Shown here in pieces: positions 10,003 through 19,218 of a stretch of 64,000 nt of DNA; the first letter of the stretch is position 1, and every line of letters starts with the position of its first letter. A program made the position numbers and the translations under genes. Origin of the DNA: Dehalococcoidia bacterium (GTDB taxonomy: Bacteria > Chloroflexota > Dehalococcoidia > UBA2979); assembly GCA_965262725.1 (NCBI GenBank), contig OZ253555.1:1888001-1952000 (forward strand), given 5' to 3'. Under the pieces are notes generated by a model. The model saw nothing but the letters and a program-made list of their open reading frames with translations. It had not been told where the DNA came from and ran no database searches.

Positions 10003-10705
10003 GGGAGGCCTCCTGACGGTGCCCGGAGAAGACGACGGGTGATGTGACGACGGGAGTGGCGACCGGAGGCCCATAGCCGGCGCCGCCGCCGAGCACGGCG
10101 CGCCAGAGCGCCGCCAGCTCGCCCGCGTCGAGCCGCCGCGTGCGCACCCCGAATGAGCCGAGGCCCTGCGCCACCTCGCCGCAGCGCAAGGAGAGCGTGC
10201 GCCGCGCCCGGGCGAGGTCGCTCTGCTGCCGCGGGGACCGCGCTCCCAGTCGCAGCAGCCGGCCCAGGCCCGGCCAGCCCGGCGTGGCCCGCCCGGGGGC
10301 GCCGTCCACGTCCGCCGGCAGGACGACGTAGAAGCGGCGGTCGAGCAGCGTCCGCTCGCGGGCGATACGACGCACGAACGCCTCGTGGTCGAGCGCGAGC
10401 CGCCGCAGCGTCTCCGTGCCCCGCAGGGCGCCCCCGAGACCGGCGAGGTAGCCCTCGACGTCGGCCGGGACCAGGCGAACCAGCACCTGCAGCGGGTAGG
10501 TGAGCCCGTTCAGGAAGCGCCGGTACCCGGCGAGGATCGCCTCCTGCTCGGGCTCCGACTTCAGCGCGAAGTGGACGCCCTGGGCCTCGAGCACGCAGCG
10601 GTAGTCGCCGCCGCGCAGGCTCACGACGTCGCCTGCGATCTCCTCCAGCGGCAGGATCTCCTGCACGCTCGCGAGGCGCCGCCTCCTGCTACCGCGTGAC
10701 CACAT
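9995..10705 (-). CDS. Conjugation protein resembling a VirB4/TraE N-terminal accessory domain
   Basis: GDYRCVLEAQGVHFALKSEPEQEAILAGYRRFLNGLTYPLQV...RRFYVVLP; translationally coupled between PrgI and VirB4. Confidence 0.7.
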   Translation of the reverse strand: MWSRGSRRRRLASVQEILPLEEIAGDVVSLRGGDYRCVLEAQGVHFALKSEPEQEAILAGYRRFLNGLTYPLQVLVRLVPADVEGYLAGLGGALRGTETLRRLALDHEAFVRRIARERTLLDRRFYVVLPADVDGAPGRATPGWPGLGRLLRLGARSPRQQSDLARARRTLSLRCGEVAQGLGSFGVRTRRLDAGELAALWRAVLGGGAGYGPPVATPVVTSPVVFSGHRQEASRA

Positions 10706-11084
10706 GTGCCACTCCCTTCCTCGTCACCGGGTGGACGGGCGGCGCCGCGAGCGGGCGCAGCACCACCTCGCGAGCCGCGCGCGGAGGCACGGAGCGCTCG
10801 CGCGGCCTCCAGACGGCGGCGCGGGGCACGGCCCAGTAGCGCAGCAGCACGAACACCCACTCCTCGAGCGGGCGTCCGGCGGGCCGCCAGAAGACGAGCG
10901 GCAGCACCGCGGCCAGCACGAGCGCGGCCGCGCACAGGCGAAGCGGGAGCGGCAGCGGCAGGTCGCCCGCGGCGCCGTAGGCCAGCGAGAGGCCGGCGGC
11001 GGCCGACAGCAACTGACGCATCGTCAGGCCCAGGACCGCCCTGTCGGCGACGCCGAGGTGGGTCGGGATCTCGTGGCGCCCCAT
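10689..11084 (-). CDS. PrgI-family (VirB3-like) membrane protein
   Basis: HEIPTHLGVADRAVLGLTMRQLL, two TM helices, then RPAGRPLEEW, which is the PrgI pattern. Confidence 0.8.
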   Translation of the reverse strand: MGRHEIPTHLGVADRAVLGLTMRQLLSAAAGLSLAYGAAGDLPLPLPLRLCAAALVLAAVLPLVFWRPAGRPLEEWVFVLLRYWAVPRAAVWRPRERSVPPRAAREVVLRPLAAPPVHPVTRKGVAHVVTR

Positions 11085-11314
11085 CACGCCATCGCCCCCT
11101 GCACGATGCCGGCGATCGCGCGCGCGAGCAGCACGATCGCGAACCCCGCGAGCGCGTTGAGGATCGCCGTCTTGCCCGCCTCCATCTGGCGCGGCGATCC
11201 GGACGCCGACATGTAGAGGAATGCCCCCCACATCACGAAGAACGCCGAGACCGCCGCCGCCACACCGATGCCGATGTCGAGCAGGTTCCCGAACAGCACG
11301 TTGATCTCTTCCAT
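11084..11314 (-). CDS. VirB2/TrbC-like pilin
   Basis: 76 aa, two hydrophobic helices around WGAFLYMSASGSPRQMEAGKTAILNALAG. Confidence 0.75.
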   Translation of the reverse strand: MEEINVLFGNLLDIGIGVAAAVSAFFVMWGAFLYMSASGSPRQMEAGKTAILNALAGFAIVLLARAIAGIVQGAMA

Positions 11315-11328
11315 CCCCGGCTCCCTTC

Positions 11329-11871
11329 TCAGCCGGCGCCCCGTGCGCCGGCCGGCTCCTCGCTCATCACAAGCACCTCCGTCACCAGCCAGCGGCCGCC
11401 CTCGCGGACGAGCCGCAGGCGGACGTGCTGGGTGACCTCTTCCCGGGCGGCGCGTCCGGACGCCGGGTCCAGCCAGCTCCGCTCGTGCAGCGAGCGGACC
11501 GTCGCCTCCGCGACAGCGGCGGTGAGCGCGGCGACCGAGACCGACTGGACGGCAGCGCGGCTCCGGCGGTCCCCGGCGATGGCGGCCGGATCGACCGCCG
11601 CTCCCGCGAGCGCTGCGCGGAGTTCGCCTGAGGTGAGCGCGGCGCGGCGCGCCATATAGCTGTCTGCGTCGCGGTAGTCGAAGCCGCCGTAGGCGACGAC
11701 GAACGCGGACGCCGCGGCCTCCACGGAGGCGGCATCGGCCGCCCGGCGCGCGGCGCCGTCCTCACCGCGCCCGGCGAGGCGCGAGGCCCCGCTCCAGGCG
11801 GAGGCGACGGCGACCGCCAAGAGCAGCGCGGCGAGCGCGAGCAGCGCGTAGCCCGGTCCGCGCCCGGTCAC
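11329..11871 (-). CDS. Membrane-anchored VirB8/NTF2-like conjugation protein
   Basis: N-terminal TM; AASAFVVAYGGFDYRD; C-terminal LRLVREGGRWLV; position in the operon. Confidence 0.55.
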   Translation of the reverse strand: MTGRGPGYALLALAALLLAVAVASAWSGASRLAGRGEDGAARRAADAASVEAAASAFVVAYGGFDYRDADSYMARRAALTSGELRAALAGAAVDPAAIAGDRRSRAAVQSVSVAALTAAVAEATVRSLHERSWLDPASGRAAREEVTQHVRLRLVREGGRWLVTEVLVMSEEPAGARGAG

Positions 11872-12281
11872 GACGCCGCCCCGGCAGACGCGGCCGGCAC
11901 GGGCGGCGGTGCCGTCATGAGCTCGGCGGCGGCATAGCTCTCGCGGGCGGGCGCCGGCGCCACGGCGGCCGCTGGCGCCTTGGTGCGGGCGCCGACGCCG
12001 CCTCGCATCGGGGCGATCGCCGCTGCCGGCAGCTCCGCGGGCACGCCGTGCGCAGCGCCGTCTCTGGAGATGGCGGTGGCGTGTTCGGGCGGAGGCGGAG
12101 GCGGTTCGGGACCGCCGACGCCGGGAAGTGCCGCGAGCAGCGTCGCCGCCAGCGCCGCCACGGCGATCACCACCACGAGCACGGAGGCGAGGACGAGCAG
12201 CAGGAGCGCGCCGGCGGTGCGGAGCGCCTCGCGCGGGAGGTCGCCGAGCAGCGAGCTGACGATGAGCGCGGCCTGGAGCAC
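11868..12281 (-). CDS. Hypothetical membrane protein (possibly an internally deleted gene)
   Basis: Long hydrophobic N-terminus then a Pro/Ala-rich tail; coupled to neighbouring genes. Confidence 0.45.
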   Translation of the reverse strand: MLQAALIVSSLLGDLPREALRTAGALLLLVLASVLVVVIAVAALAATLLAALPGVGGPEPPPPPPEHATAISRDGAAHGVPAELPAAAIAPMRGGVGARTKAPAAAVAPAPARESYAAAELMTAPPPVPAASAGAAS

Positions 12282-12284
12282 GGG

Positions 12285-13469
12285 CTACCTCCCGACCGCG
12301 CCGGCGGCGGCGCTACCGCGCCCGGCGACGCCGGCGGCGACGCGGCCGGCCACGACGAGCGCGACGGCCGCCCCGGTGCCCGATTGCTGGACCTGGCCGT
12401 GGAGGAGCGAGGGCACCCGGAGCGTCAGGGCGGCGATGGCGATGCCGAGGAGCAGGGTCAGCAGCGCGTCCGCGGCGCCGCCGGGCACGAGCTCGACCAT
12501 CAGCGCCGCGCCGAGGCGCAGCACGACGAGCTGGACCGCCTGCTGGAAGACCACGATCGGGAAGAGGTGCGCCCACCAGCGCGTCCAGCCCTGCGTCTGC
12601 GGCAGCACCCAGCAGAGCACCATCAGCGGCGACAGCACGATCAGCACGTCCAGGAGCGCGAGCCGCATCAGCATCTGGAAGACCAGCAGGAGCGCCATCA
12701 CGGCGTACGCGATCGCCACGAAGACGAGAGCGATCCCCTCCTGCGCGACGTTCGCCTGCTCGTAGCCGGGCAGGCCGACCTGGCCGACGGCTGAGGCGAA
12801 GGCGTTGTTGACCTCGATGAGGAGGCCCGCGAACTCGAGCGTGAGGTTCACGGCGAGGGCGGCGAGGATGACGCGGGGCAAGAGCTCCATCGCCCCGTGG
12901 TAGGGGCTGCCGATGTGCCGCCGGACGATGACGTTGAAGCCGCCCCACATCACCACCACGGCGAGGCCGGCGTTGGCGATGGCGCGCGAGAAGTCCCAGA
13001 GGGAGCGCACGGTCGGGCTCTCGTAGGAGCCCTGAGCCGGCGTGCGCGTGACGAAGTTGAGCGAGGAGCCCCCGAAGCCGAGCGCCCAGTCGATGAAGCT
13101 GCGCATCGCCCCGAGCAGCTCCCGCCCGAGCGCGCTCACGACGCCGTCGAGGATCGAGGCCGCCCACTCGCGCGGGTCGAGGCCGCTCAGCAGGTCGGAG
13201 GGGCTCGGGAGCCCGGGAATGCCGATCGCGGGGGCGGTGCCCGGCGCCGGTGCGACCGGGGCCGCCGCGGCGGCCGCCATCGGCCTCGCCGGTGCGGTGG
13301 GGCCGGCGGATGTGGGCGCGGCGGCGACGAGAGGTGCGCCGGCCCGGGTGAGGGCCGCGAGCGGATCCGCCGCCTGCTCCGCGTGGGCGGGCACGGCCAG
13401 CAGCAGCCAGCAGACGAGCGCAGCGGCAACGGCGAGCAGCGAACCCCGCACGGCCAGCCCCTTCCGCAT
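12285..13469 (-). CDS. VirB6/TrbL-like polytopic membrane protein
   Basis: Signal peptide (VPAHA), several TM helices, RLALLDVLIVLSPLMVLCWVLPQTQGW; first gene of the conjugation operon. Confidence 0.8.
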   Translation of the reverse strand: MRKGLAVRGSLLAVAAALVCWLLLAVPAHAEQAADPLAALTRAGAPLVAAAPTSAGPTAPARPMAAAAAAPVAPAPGTAPAIGIPGLPSPSDLLSGLDPREWAASILDGVVSALGRELLGAMRSFIDWALGFGGSSLNFVTRTPAQGSYESPTVRSLWDFSRAIANAGLAVVVMWGGFNVIVRRHIGSPYHGAMELLPRVILAALAVNLTLEFAGLLIEVNNAFASAVGQVGLPGYEQANVAQEGIALVFVAIAYAVMALLLVFQMLMRLALLDVLIVLSPLMVLCWVLPQTQGWTRWWAHLFPIVVFQQAVQLVVLRLGAALMVELVPGGAADALLTLLLGIAIAALTLRVPSLLHGQVQQSGTGAAVALVVAGRVAAGVAGRGSAAAGAVGR

Positions 13470-13529
13470 CGCCGCGCGCTCGCCCCGGTGGGCGGGGTGC
13501 GGCGATGCAGGGCTAGGGTGCGATCAGGC

Positions 13530-13604
13530 GTTCACAGAAAGTTCCGGCTACGTTCCATGAGAGTTCAAAACGTTCCGGATTTGTTCCGGATTTGTTCCGG
13601 GAGG
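13530..13604. promoter_or_regulatory. Phased GTTC direct-repeat array upstream of the conjugation operon
   Basis: GTTC at 13530, 13541, 13552, 13563, 13572, 13583, 13594 (spacings 11,11,11,9,11,11) in a locally AT-richer patch. Confidence 0.55.
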
Positions 13605-13948
13605 CCAGAAATGGCTCAACGCGGGTCCGGGTGGCGTTTCCGCATGCTGCGGACACATGGGGCGACGCCCACATGCCCACATGAACTCCGCCCAGGAGAA
13701 CAGAGACCGCTGCCGGCCCGGGGCCCGGGCGAAGACCGACTCGACCGAGGCGGCGTCCTCCCCGCCGGCGACGATCTTCCCGGCGAGCGCCAGCATCAGG
13801 TCGTCGCCCTCGTCCCCGTAGGCGGTGGGCCTGCGCGTGCTCGGCGTGCGCTAGGCCGCGGCGCTCTGGCACCCGCCGGGGGCGAAGGACGAGACGCCGC
13901 TCGTCGCGCGGTCCGGGGCGAGAGTGCTCGTCCCCCAGGCGAGGGGAC

Positions 13949-15436
13949 GTGAGCGGCGGGGCGCTCGTCGGGCAGACGACGGCGGGTGCGCCGCGGGAGA
14001 TCCGCTTCCCCGAGGACCTGCTGCGCCGCCACCACCTCTACGTGGCGCGCACGCGCATGGGCAAGTCCACGCTCATGCAGCACCTCGTCGCGCACAGGCT
14101 GCGCGAGAAGGCGGCGGGCCGCGACGGCGACGCGATCGTCGTCGTCGACCCCCACGCCGACCTCGTCGCCGACATCCTCCAGCAGGTCCCCGAGTCCCTG
14201 GCGGGGCAGGTACGCCTGCTCGACCTCGCGGGCGAGAGCGGCTACCCCGGCATCAACCTGCTCGACGCGCGCGTCTTCAGCGACCGCGACCGCACCGCCG
14301 ACTCGGTCGTGCGCGTGGCGAAGGGGATCTGGGAGCAGTGGGGGCCGCGCATGCAGTCGATCCTCGAGCAGGTCGTGAAGACCCTGCACGAGCACAACGC
14401 CCACCCCGCCACCGCCGCCGAGGAGCAGTACACGATCCTCGACGGGCTGCGCCTGCTCTCCGACGAGCGCTTCCGCACGCTGGTGCTGAAGCGCGTGAGC
14501 GACGAGTTCCTGCTGGACTGGTGGGAGCGCGACTTCCGGGGCTGGCGCCGCGAGTACCGCGCCGACGCGCTCGCGCCCGTGCAGACGCGGCTCTCCTACT
14601 ACGCCTCCTCGAAGCGGGCGCGCGCCATCCTCGGTCAGCCCCGCTCCACGATCGACCTGCGGCGCACGATCCTCGATGGCGGCGTGCTGCTCGTCTCCAC
14701 CGCGCAGGGCGCGGCCGGCAAGGACGTCGCCGCGCTCGTCGGGGCCTCCGTCCTCAACCTCACGGACGCCGTCATCCGCGAGCAGGGCGAGCTGCCCCAG
14801 GCGCAACGGCGCGGCGCGCTCGTGGTCGTCGACGAGATGCAGTCGATGCCGGGCGTCGACTACGAGTCGATGCTCTCCGAGCTGGGCAAGTACGGCGCGA
14901 GCTTCGTGCTCGCCACGCAGAGCCTCGACAAGCTCGACGACCTCTCCCCCACGCTGCGCAGCACGCTGCTCGCCAACGTCGGCTGCCTCGCCGTCTTCCA
15001 GGTGGCGGGCTCGGACGCGCGCCAGCTCGTCTGGGAGCTCGACCGCGAGCGCGTCTCCGAGGAGGACGTCGTCTCCCTGCCCGTGCACCACGCCTACGTG
15101 CGCGCGACGGTGGGCACGGAGCGCGCGCCCGCCTTCTCGATGGAGGTGCGCAAGCCGGACGACGGGAACCCGGAGACGGCCGCGCGCATCCGCGAGGAGG
15201 CGTCCGCCTACCTGCTCACCGAGGAGGAGATCGCGGCCCAGCGCGCCGAGGGCCGCAGGCGCGTCGATCTGTGGCTTGAGCAGATGGCGGAGGAGGACGA
15301 CGGCAAGGCGGAGTCCGGACCGGAGCAGCGGGACCAGTCGCGCGACGGCGCCTCCGGGGACGGCTCCCGCGGGAAGGGACCGCGCAGCAAGCGCACCCGG
15401 CCGCCAGGCGCTTCCTCCGGGGATGACGCCGCGTGA
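13949..15436 (+). CDS. Second VirD4-like ATPase, N-terminally truncated
   Basis: ARTRMGKST, VVVDPHADL, WGPRM, VVDEMQ, MLSELGKYGASFVLATQSL: a clear paralogue of 4570-7110. The upstream remnant (ALWHPPG at 13861) is out of frame and preceded by an in-frame TAG at 13852. Confidence 0.8.
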   Translation: MSGGALVGQTTAGAPREIRFPEDLLRRHHLYVARTRMGKSTLMQHLVAHRLREKAAGRDGDAIVVVDPHADLVADILQQVPESLAGQVRLLDLAGESGYPGINLLDARVFSDRDRTADSVVRVAKGIWEQWGPRMQSILEQVVKTLHEHNAHPATAAEEQYTILDGLRLLSDERFRTLVLKRVSDEFLLDWWERDFRGWRREYRADALAPVQTRLSYYASSKRARAILGQPRSTIDLRRTILDGGVLLVSTAQGAAGKDVAALVGASVLNLTDAVIREQGELPQAQRRGALVVVDEMQSMPGVDYESMLSELGKYGASFVLATQSLDKLDDLSPTLRSTLLANVGCLAVFQVAGSDARQLVWELDRERVSEEDVVSLPVHHAYVRATVGTERAPAFSMEVRKPDDGNPETAARIREEASAYLLTEEEIAAQRAEGRRRVDLWLEQMAEEDDGKAESGPEQRDQSRDGASGDGSRGKGPRSKRTRPPGASSGDDAA

Positions 15437-17205
15437 CGGTCGAACGCGACCTGCTGCGGCTGCTCGGGGAGATGCCCTTCCTCGACCGGCTGGAGGCGGC
15501 CGCCCTCTCCGGCTGGTCGCGGGGGGCGGTCTACGCGGCCTGCGCGGCGCTGGAGGAGGCGGGGCTGGTCGCCCCGCTCCCCCACGCCCATGCCTCGGAG
15601 CTGCTCGCGTCCACGCAGCGCTACCAGCTCACGCTGGCCGGGCTGCGCCGGCTCGCCGCCGAGGAGGGCGTCGACCTGGGCGAGCTGCTGCGCTCGCTCC
15701 CGCTCACGGCGCACTGGCGGCGGCTCCTGCTGGAGCGCCTCGACGGCGTGGCCTCCATCTACCGGCTCGCCTCCGCGATCTCGGACGCCGTCTGGCCGCT
15801 GCGCTTCCGCTGGTACCGGGCGATGCCGATGGACGCCGCGCTCGCACTCCCCGACGGGCGCAGGCTGTTCGTGGTCAGGGAGGGGCAGACCGCCGACCGC
15901 ACCTCCTTCGCCAAGCGCCTCTGGCGGCTGCGCGAGGGGCCGCGCCCGGGCGCCTGCCTGTTGCTCGTCCCCGACGCGGTGCGGCTGCGCCACACGGCGC
16001 GGCTGATGGCCCAGGCGTCCGTACCCGCCTTCCTCGCCCTGGAACGCGACGCGGCCTCTTCCGGTCTGGATGCGCGCGTCTGGCGCACCGCGGCCGGGTC
16101 GCCCTGGCTCTCGCTCCGGGAAGTCCTCGCGCACGTCGCGCGGCGGGGCGCGTGGCCGGAGGAGGAGCCGCTTGCCCGTGCGACCGTCCCGCGCGACCTC
16201 GGCCCGCGCGACCTGCGCGCGGACTGGATGCTCCCCGCCACGCTCGGCGCGGCCCGGAAGCGAGCCCTTGGCCTCGTCGCCGACTGGCCGTGGCTGGCGC
16301 CCGCCGACCTGGGGGCGCTGCTGGGCGTCTCCGCCCGGCAGGTCTCGCAGCTCCTGCATCCGCTCCGGGAGGCGTCGCTCGTGGCTCGCGTGCGGGGCCG
16401 GCTCGTCCTGCGGGACCGCGCGCTGGCGTTGCTTGCGCGCCGCGACCGCTCCGCCGCCAACCTCGCCCTCAGGCGCTGGAGCGCCCGGCCGCTGGACCCG
16501 GAGGCGCCGCTCAGCTGGCGCAACGTCGCCGGCAGGCGCAGCCGTCAGCTCCTGCGCACCATCGACCACACCGCCGCCGTGCACGGCTTCGTGGCGGCGC
16601 TGGCCCGGCAGGCGCGCGACGAGGGCTGGGAGGTGGCGCAGCTCGACCCACCCCACCGCGCGTCACGCTACTTCCGCCACGGCGGCGTCCTGCACTCCGT
16701 CCACCCCGACGCCTTCGGCGTGCTGATCCGCGAGGGGAAGCCGTGGGCGTTCTTCCTCGAGTGGGAGCGCCGCGCCGTGCGGCCCTCCACGATGGCCGCA
16801 CGCCTCGCCCCCTACCTGCGCTACTACGCCTCGCACCGCCCCACCGACGACCACGGTGTGCGCCCGGCCGTGCTCGTCGTCTTCGAGGATGAGATCGCGG
16901 CGGACCACTTCCTGCGCGTCGCGCGCAAGGAGATCGCCCGCGCCCGCATCGAGCTGCCCCTGCGGGTCTCGCACCGCGCCCTCATCGAACGGGAGGGGCC
17001 GCTCGGGCACGCCTGGCGCGCTCCCGCAGGCGGCCCCCCCGGCTCGCCCGTTCGGTTGAAGTGGGTCTTTCCCTACGTCAGCCCGCCCATCGTGTCCCAC
17101 GCGCTGCGTGCGACAGTCGTGTGGTCCGAAGCAGATTACAGCGTCTACACGATGCGGCAGGCGTCCCGCCGCTCGTGGCGCATCGGCCAGAGCGAGCCCG
17201 TGTAA
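15433..17205 (+). CDS. Second Replic_Relax-like protein; C-terminus runs into a helicase fragment
   Basis: IDHTAAVHGF...VHPDAFG...FFLEWERRA...YLRYY; duplicated architecture; last ~45 aa (YTMRQASRRSWRIGQ) look like SF2 helicase motif VI. Confidence 0.72.
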   Translation: MTVERDLLRLLGEMPFLDRLEAAALSGWSRGAVYAACAALEEAGLVAPLPHAHASELLASTQRYQLTLAGLRRLAAEEGVDLGELLRSLPLTAHWRRLLLERLDGVASIYRLASAISDAVWPLRFRWYRAMPMDAALALPDGRRLFVVREGQTADRTSFAKRLWRLREGPRPGACLLLVPDAVRLRHTARLMAQASVPAFLALERDAASSGLDARVWRTAAGSPWLSLREVLAHVARRGAWPEEEPLARATVPRDLGPRDLRADWMLPATLGAARKRALGLVADWPWLAPADLGALLGVSARQVSQLLHPLREASLVARVRGRLVLRDRALALLARRDRSAANLALRRWSARPLDPEAPLSWRNVAGRRSRQLLRTIDHTAAVHGFVAALARQARDEGWEVAQLDPPHRASRYFRHGGVLHSVHPDAFGVLIREGKPWAFFLEWERRAVRPSTMAARLAPYLRYYASHRPTDDHGVRPAVLVVFEDEIAADHFLRVARKEIARARIELPLRVSHRALIEREGPLGHAWRAPAGGPPGSPVRLKWVFPYVSPPIVSHALRATVVWSEADYSVYTMRQASRRSWRIGQSEPV

Positions 17206-17297
17206 GTCGTCTTCATGGCCTACCGGAACACGCTCCAGGCCGACGCCCTCGAGCTCGTGGCGCAGAAGCTCCAGTCGTCGCTGGCCGTCGAGGGCGT
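17075..17297 (+). pseudogene. SNF2/SF2 helicase C-terminal fragment
   Basis: TVVWSEADYSVYTMRQASRRSWRIGQSEPV*VVFMAYRNTLQADALELVAQKLQSSLAVEG, with an internal stop at 17203. Confidence 0.65.
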
Positions 17298-17519
17298 CTG
17301 GAGAAGCTGACGTGTACCGGCTCTCCGCATGCGTGCGTGCAAGGCTCCGGTCCGTTCTGCAATTCTGGAGGCAGAGGCAGGATGTTGAACGCCGGTACGC
17401 GCCTGCCCTTGCGCTCCTTGACTTCACCCGCCTCCCGTCGCTTTCGTACTCCCCGCCGTAGCTTGGCGCGAGTCATAGCCCGTGATCCACGCTATTGTTT
17501 GGCCCCACATTCTGAGGAA

Positions 17520-19154
17520 GCATGACCTCCTGTTGGCGTCACCGCCCTCGGGGGCATGCTTCCCTACCTCGACCTGCTGGCAGTCTCGGGTCTGCGCCAG
17601 TTGGCTGGAGCGTCACGCTCCCACGGCCCGCGCGCAGGGCTGGAGCGAGAGCCAGCTCTCCGTCGCCCTCGTGCTCCTCAACCTCGCCGGCGGCGAGTCG
17701 GTCGACGACATCGCCATGCTCGAGCAGGACCAGGGCCTGGGGCAGGTCGTGCGCGCGGCCGAGCTCCAGGGCGTGCGCCGCCGCAGCCTGCCCTCCCCCT
17801 CCGCCCTGCGTCGCTACCTGGAGTCGTTCCAAGGAGGAGCGGCGGGAGCGTGGACGGGCCTTCATCCCCGCGCCCGGCGCCGCCCTGCGCGGCCTGGGAA
17901 AGGTCAACGCCGAGCTCATGCGCTTCCTGCAGCGCCGGGCGCCGCAGACGCAGGCCACGCTCGACATGGACGCCACTGTGGTGGAGACGCAGAAGCGGAC
18001 GGCGCTCTACAGCTACGCGGGGACGCGCGCCTACCAGCCGCTCACGACCTACTGGGCGGAGGCCGGCCTGGTCGTCCACTCCGAGTTCCGCGACGGCAAC
18101 GTGCCCGCCGGCCACGAGCAGCGGCGCGTGCTCGAGGAGGCGCTTCAGCACCTGCCCGCGGGGGTGGAGCGGGTGCTGAAGCGCTCGGACACGGCCGGGT
18201 ACCAGTGGGAGCTGCTGCGCTCCTGCGCCGAGGGGCGCAACGAGCGCTTCGGGGTGATCGAGTTCGCCGTGGGTGCGGACGTGAGCACGGCCTTCAAGAC
18301 GGCTGTGGCGGAGGTGGACGAGGCGGAGTGGCGCGCGCTCTCAGGCGCCGGCGGCGAGGAGACGGGGCAGCAGTACGCCGAGGTGTGCTTCGTGCCGAAG
18401 GGGCTCGGGTACTCGCGCAAGGGGCCGGACTACCTCTTCCTCGCGATCCGCGAGCCGCTGCGCAATCCGCCCTTGCCGGGGATGGAGGAGGGACTGCCCG
18501 CCGTCGAGCTGGGAGGCGCGGGCTGGTACCGCATCCGCGGGGTCGTCAGCAACCGCCACGGCCTGCCCGGCGATGAGCTCATCCGCTGGTACCGGGCGCG
18601 CTGTGGCAAGGGCGAGGAGGTCCACGGCGTGATGAAGACGGACCTGGCGGGCGGGCGCCTGCCCGCGGGCCTGTTCGGGGCGAACGCGGCCTGGTGGGCG
18701 CACGTGCTGCTGGCCTTCAACCTGCACGCGGCGCTGAAGACGCTGGGGCTGGGGCCGGCGTGGGCGGGCAAGCGCATGAAGGCCGTGCGCTTCGCGCTGC
18801 TCGGGCTCCCCGGCCGCGTGGTCCGCCACGCGCGGAGGCTCATCATCCAACTGAGCGCCGGCCACCCCTCCTACGGGCTGCTGCTGTCTGCCCGTCGCAA
18901 CATCCTGGCGCTCGCCCACGTACCGCCCTGACCCAGGCGCGGCCTCCCGCACGGACCTCACTCGGGCGACCGGACGCAGTCGGCCTGGCGGTCGCATCCC
19001 CTCATCCCTGTCTCACCATCGCCGCCTCACCGCCCCCGAGCGTTGCCAGCCGCCCGGCAGCGCTCTGGCGCTCCCGCAGCTTCCCGAGAGCCCCTGCGGA
19101 GCGCGAATCACGCCCCCCACCGCCCCCTCGATGCACTCGGGTGGCGGATATGGG
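17520..19154 (+). mobile_element. IS1380-family element (second lineage), transposase frameshifted at the 5' end
   Basis: LNLAGGESVDD (one frame), then TLDMDATV, YQPL, EFRDGNVPAG, RSDTAGY, YRARCGKGEE, FGANAAW (ORF ends 18931); end GGTGGCGGATATGGG at ~19154. Confidence 0.82.
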
Positions 19155-19218
19155 CTGGTCTAGAACCTCTACTCAGGTTATACGATACCGGCAGCAAAGC
19201 GCTTAGGAGAGGATCGGT

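Noticed and set aside
2551-16892. Arg/Ala/Gly-rich alternative-frame ORFs across the ICE (e.g. 2551-4542, 5225-6520, 14676-16892)
   Set aside because: They overlap well-supported genes and are expected in GC-rich DNA poor in stop codons.
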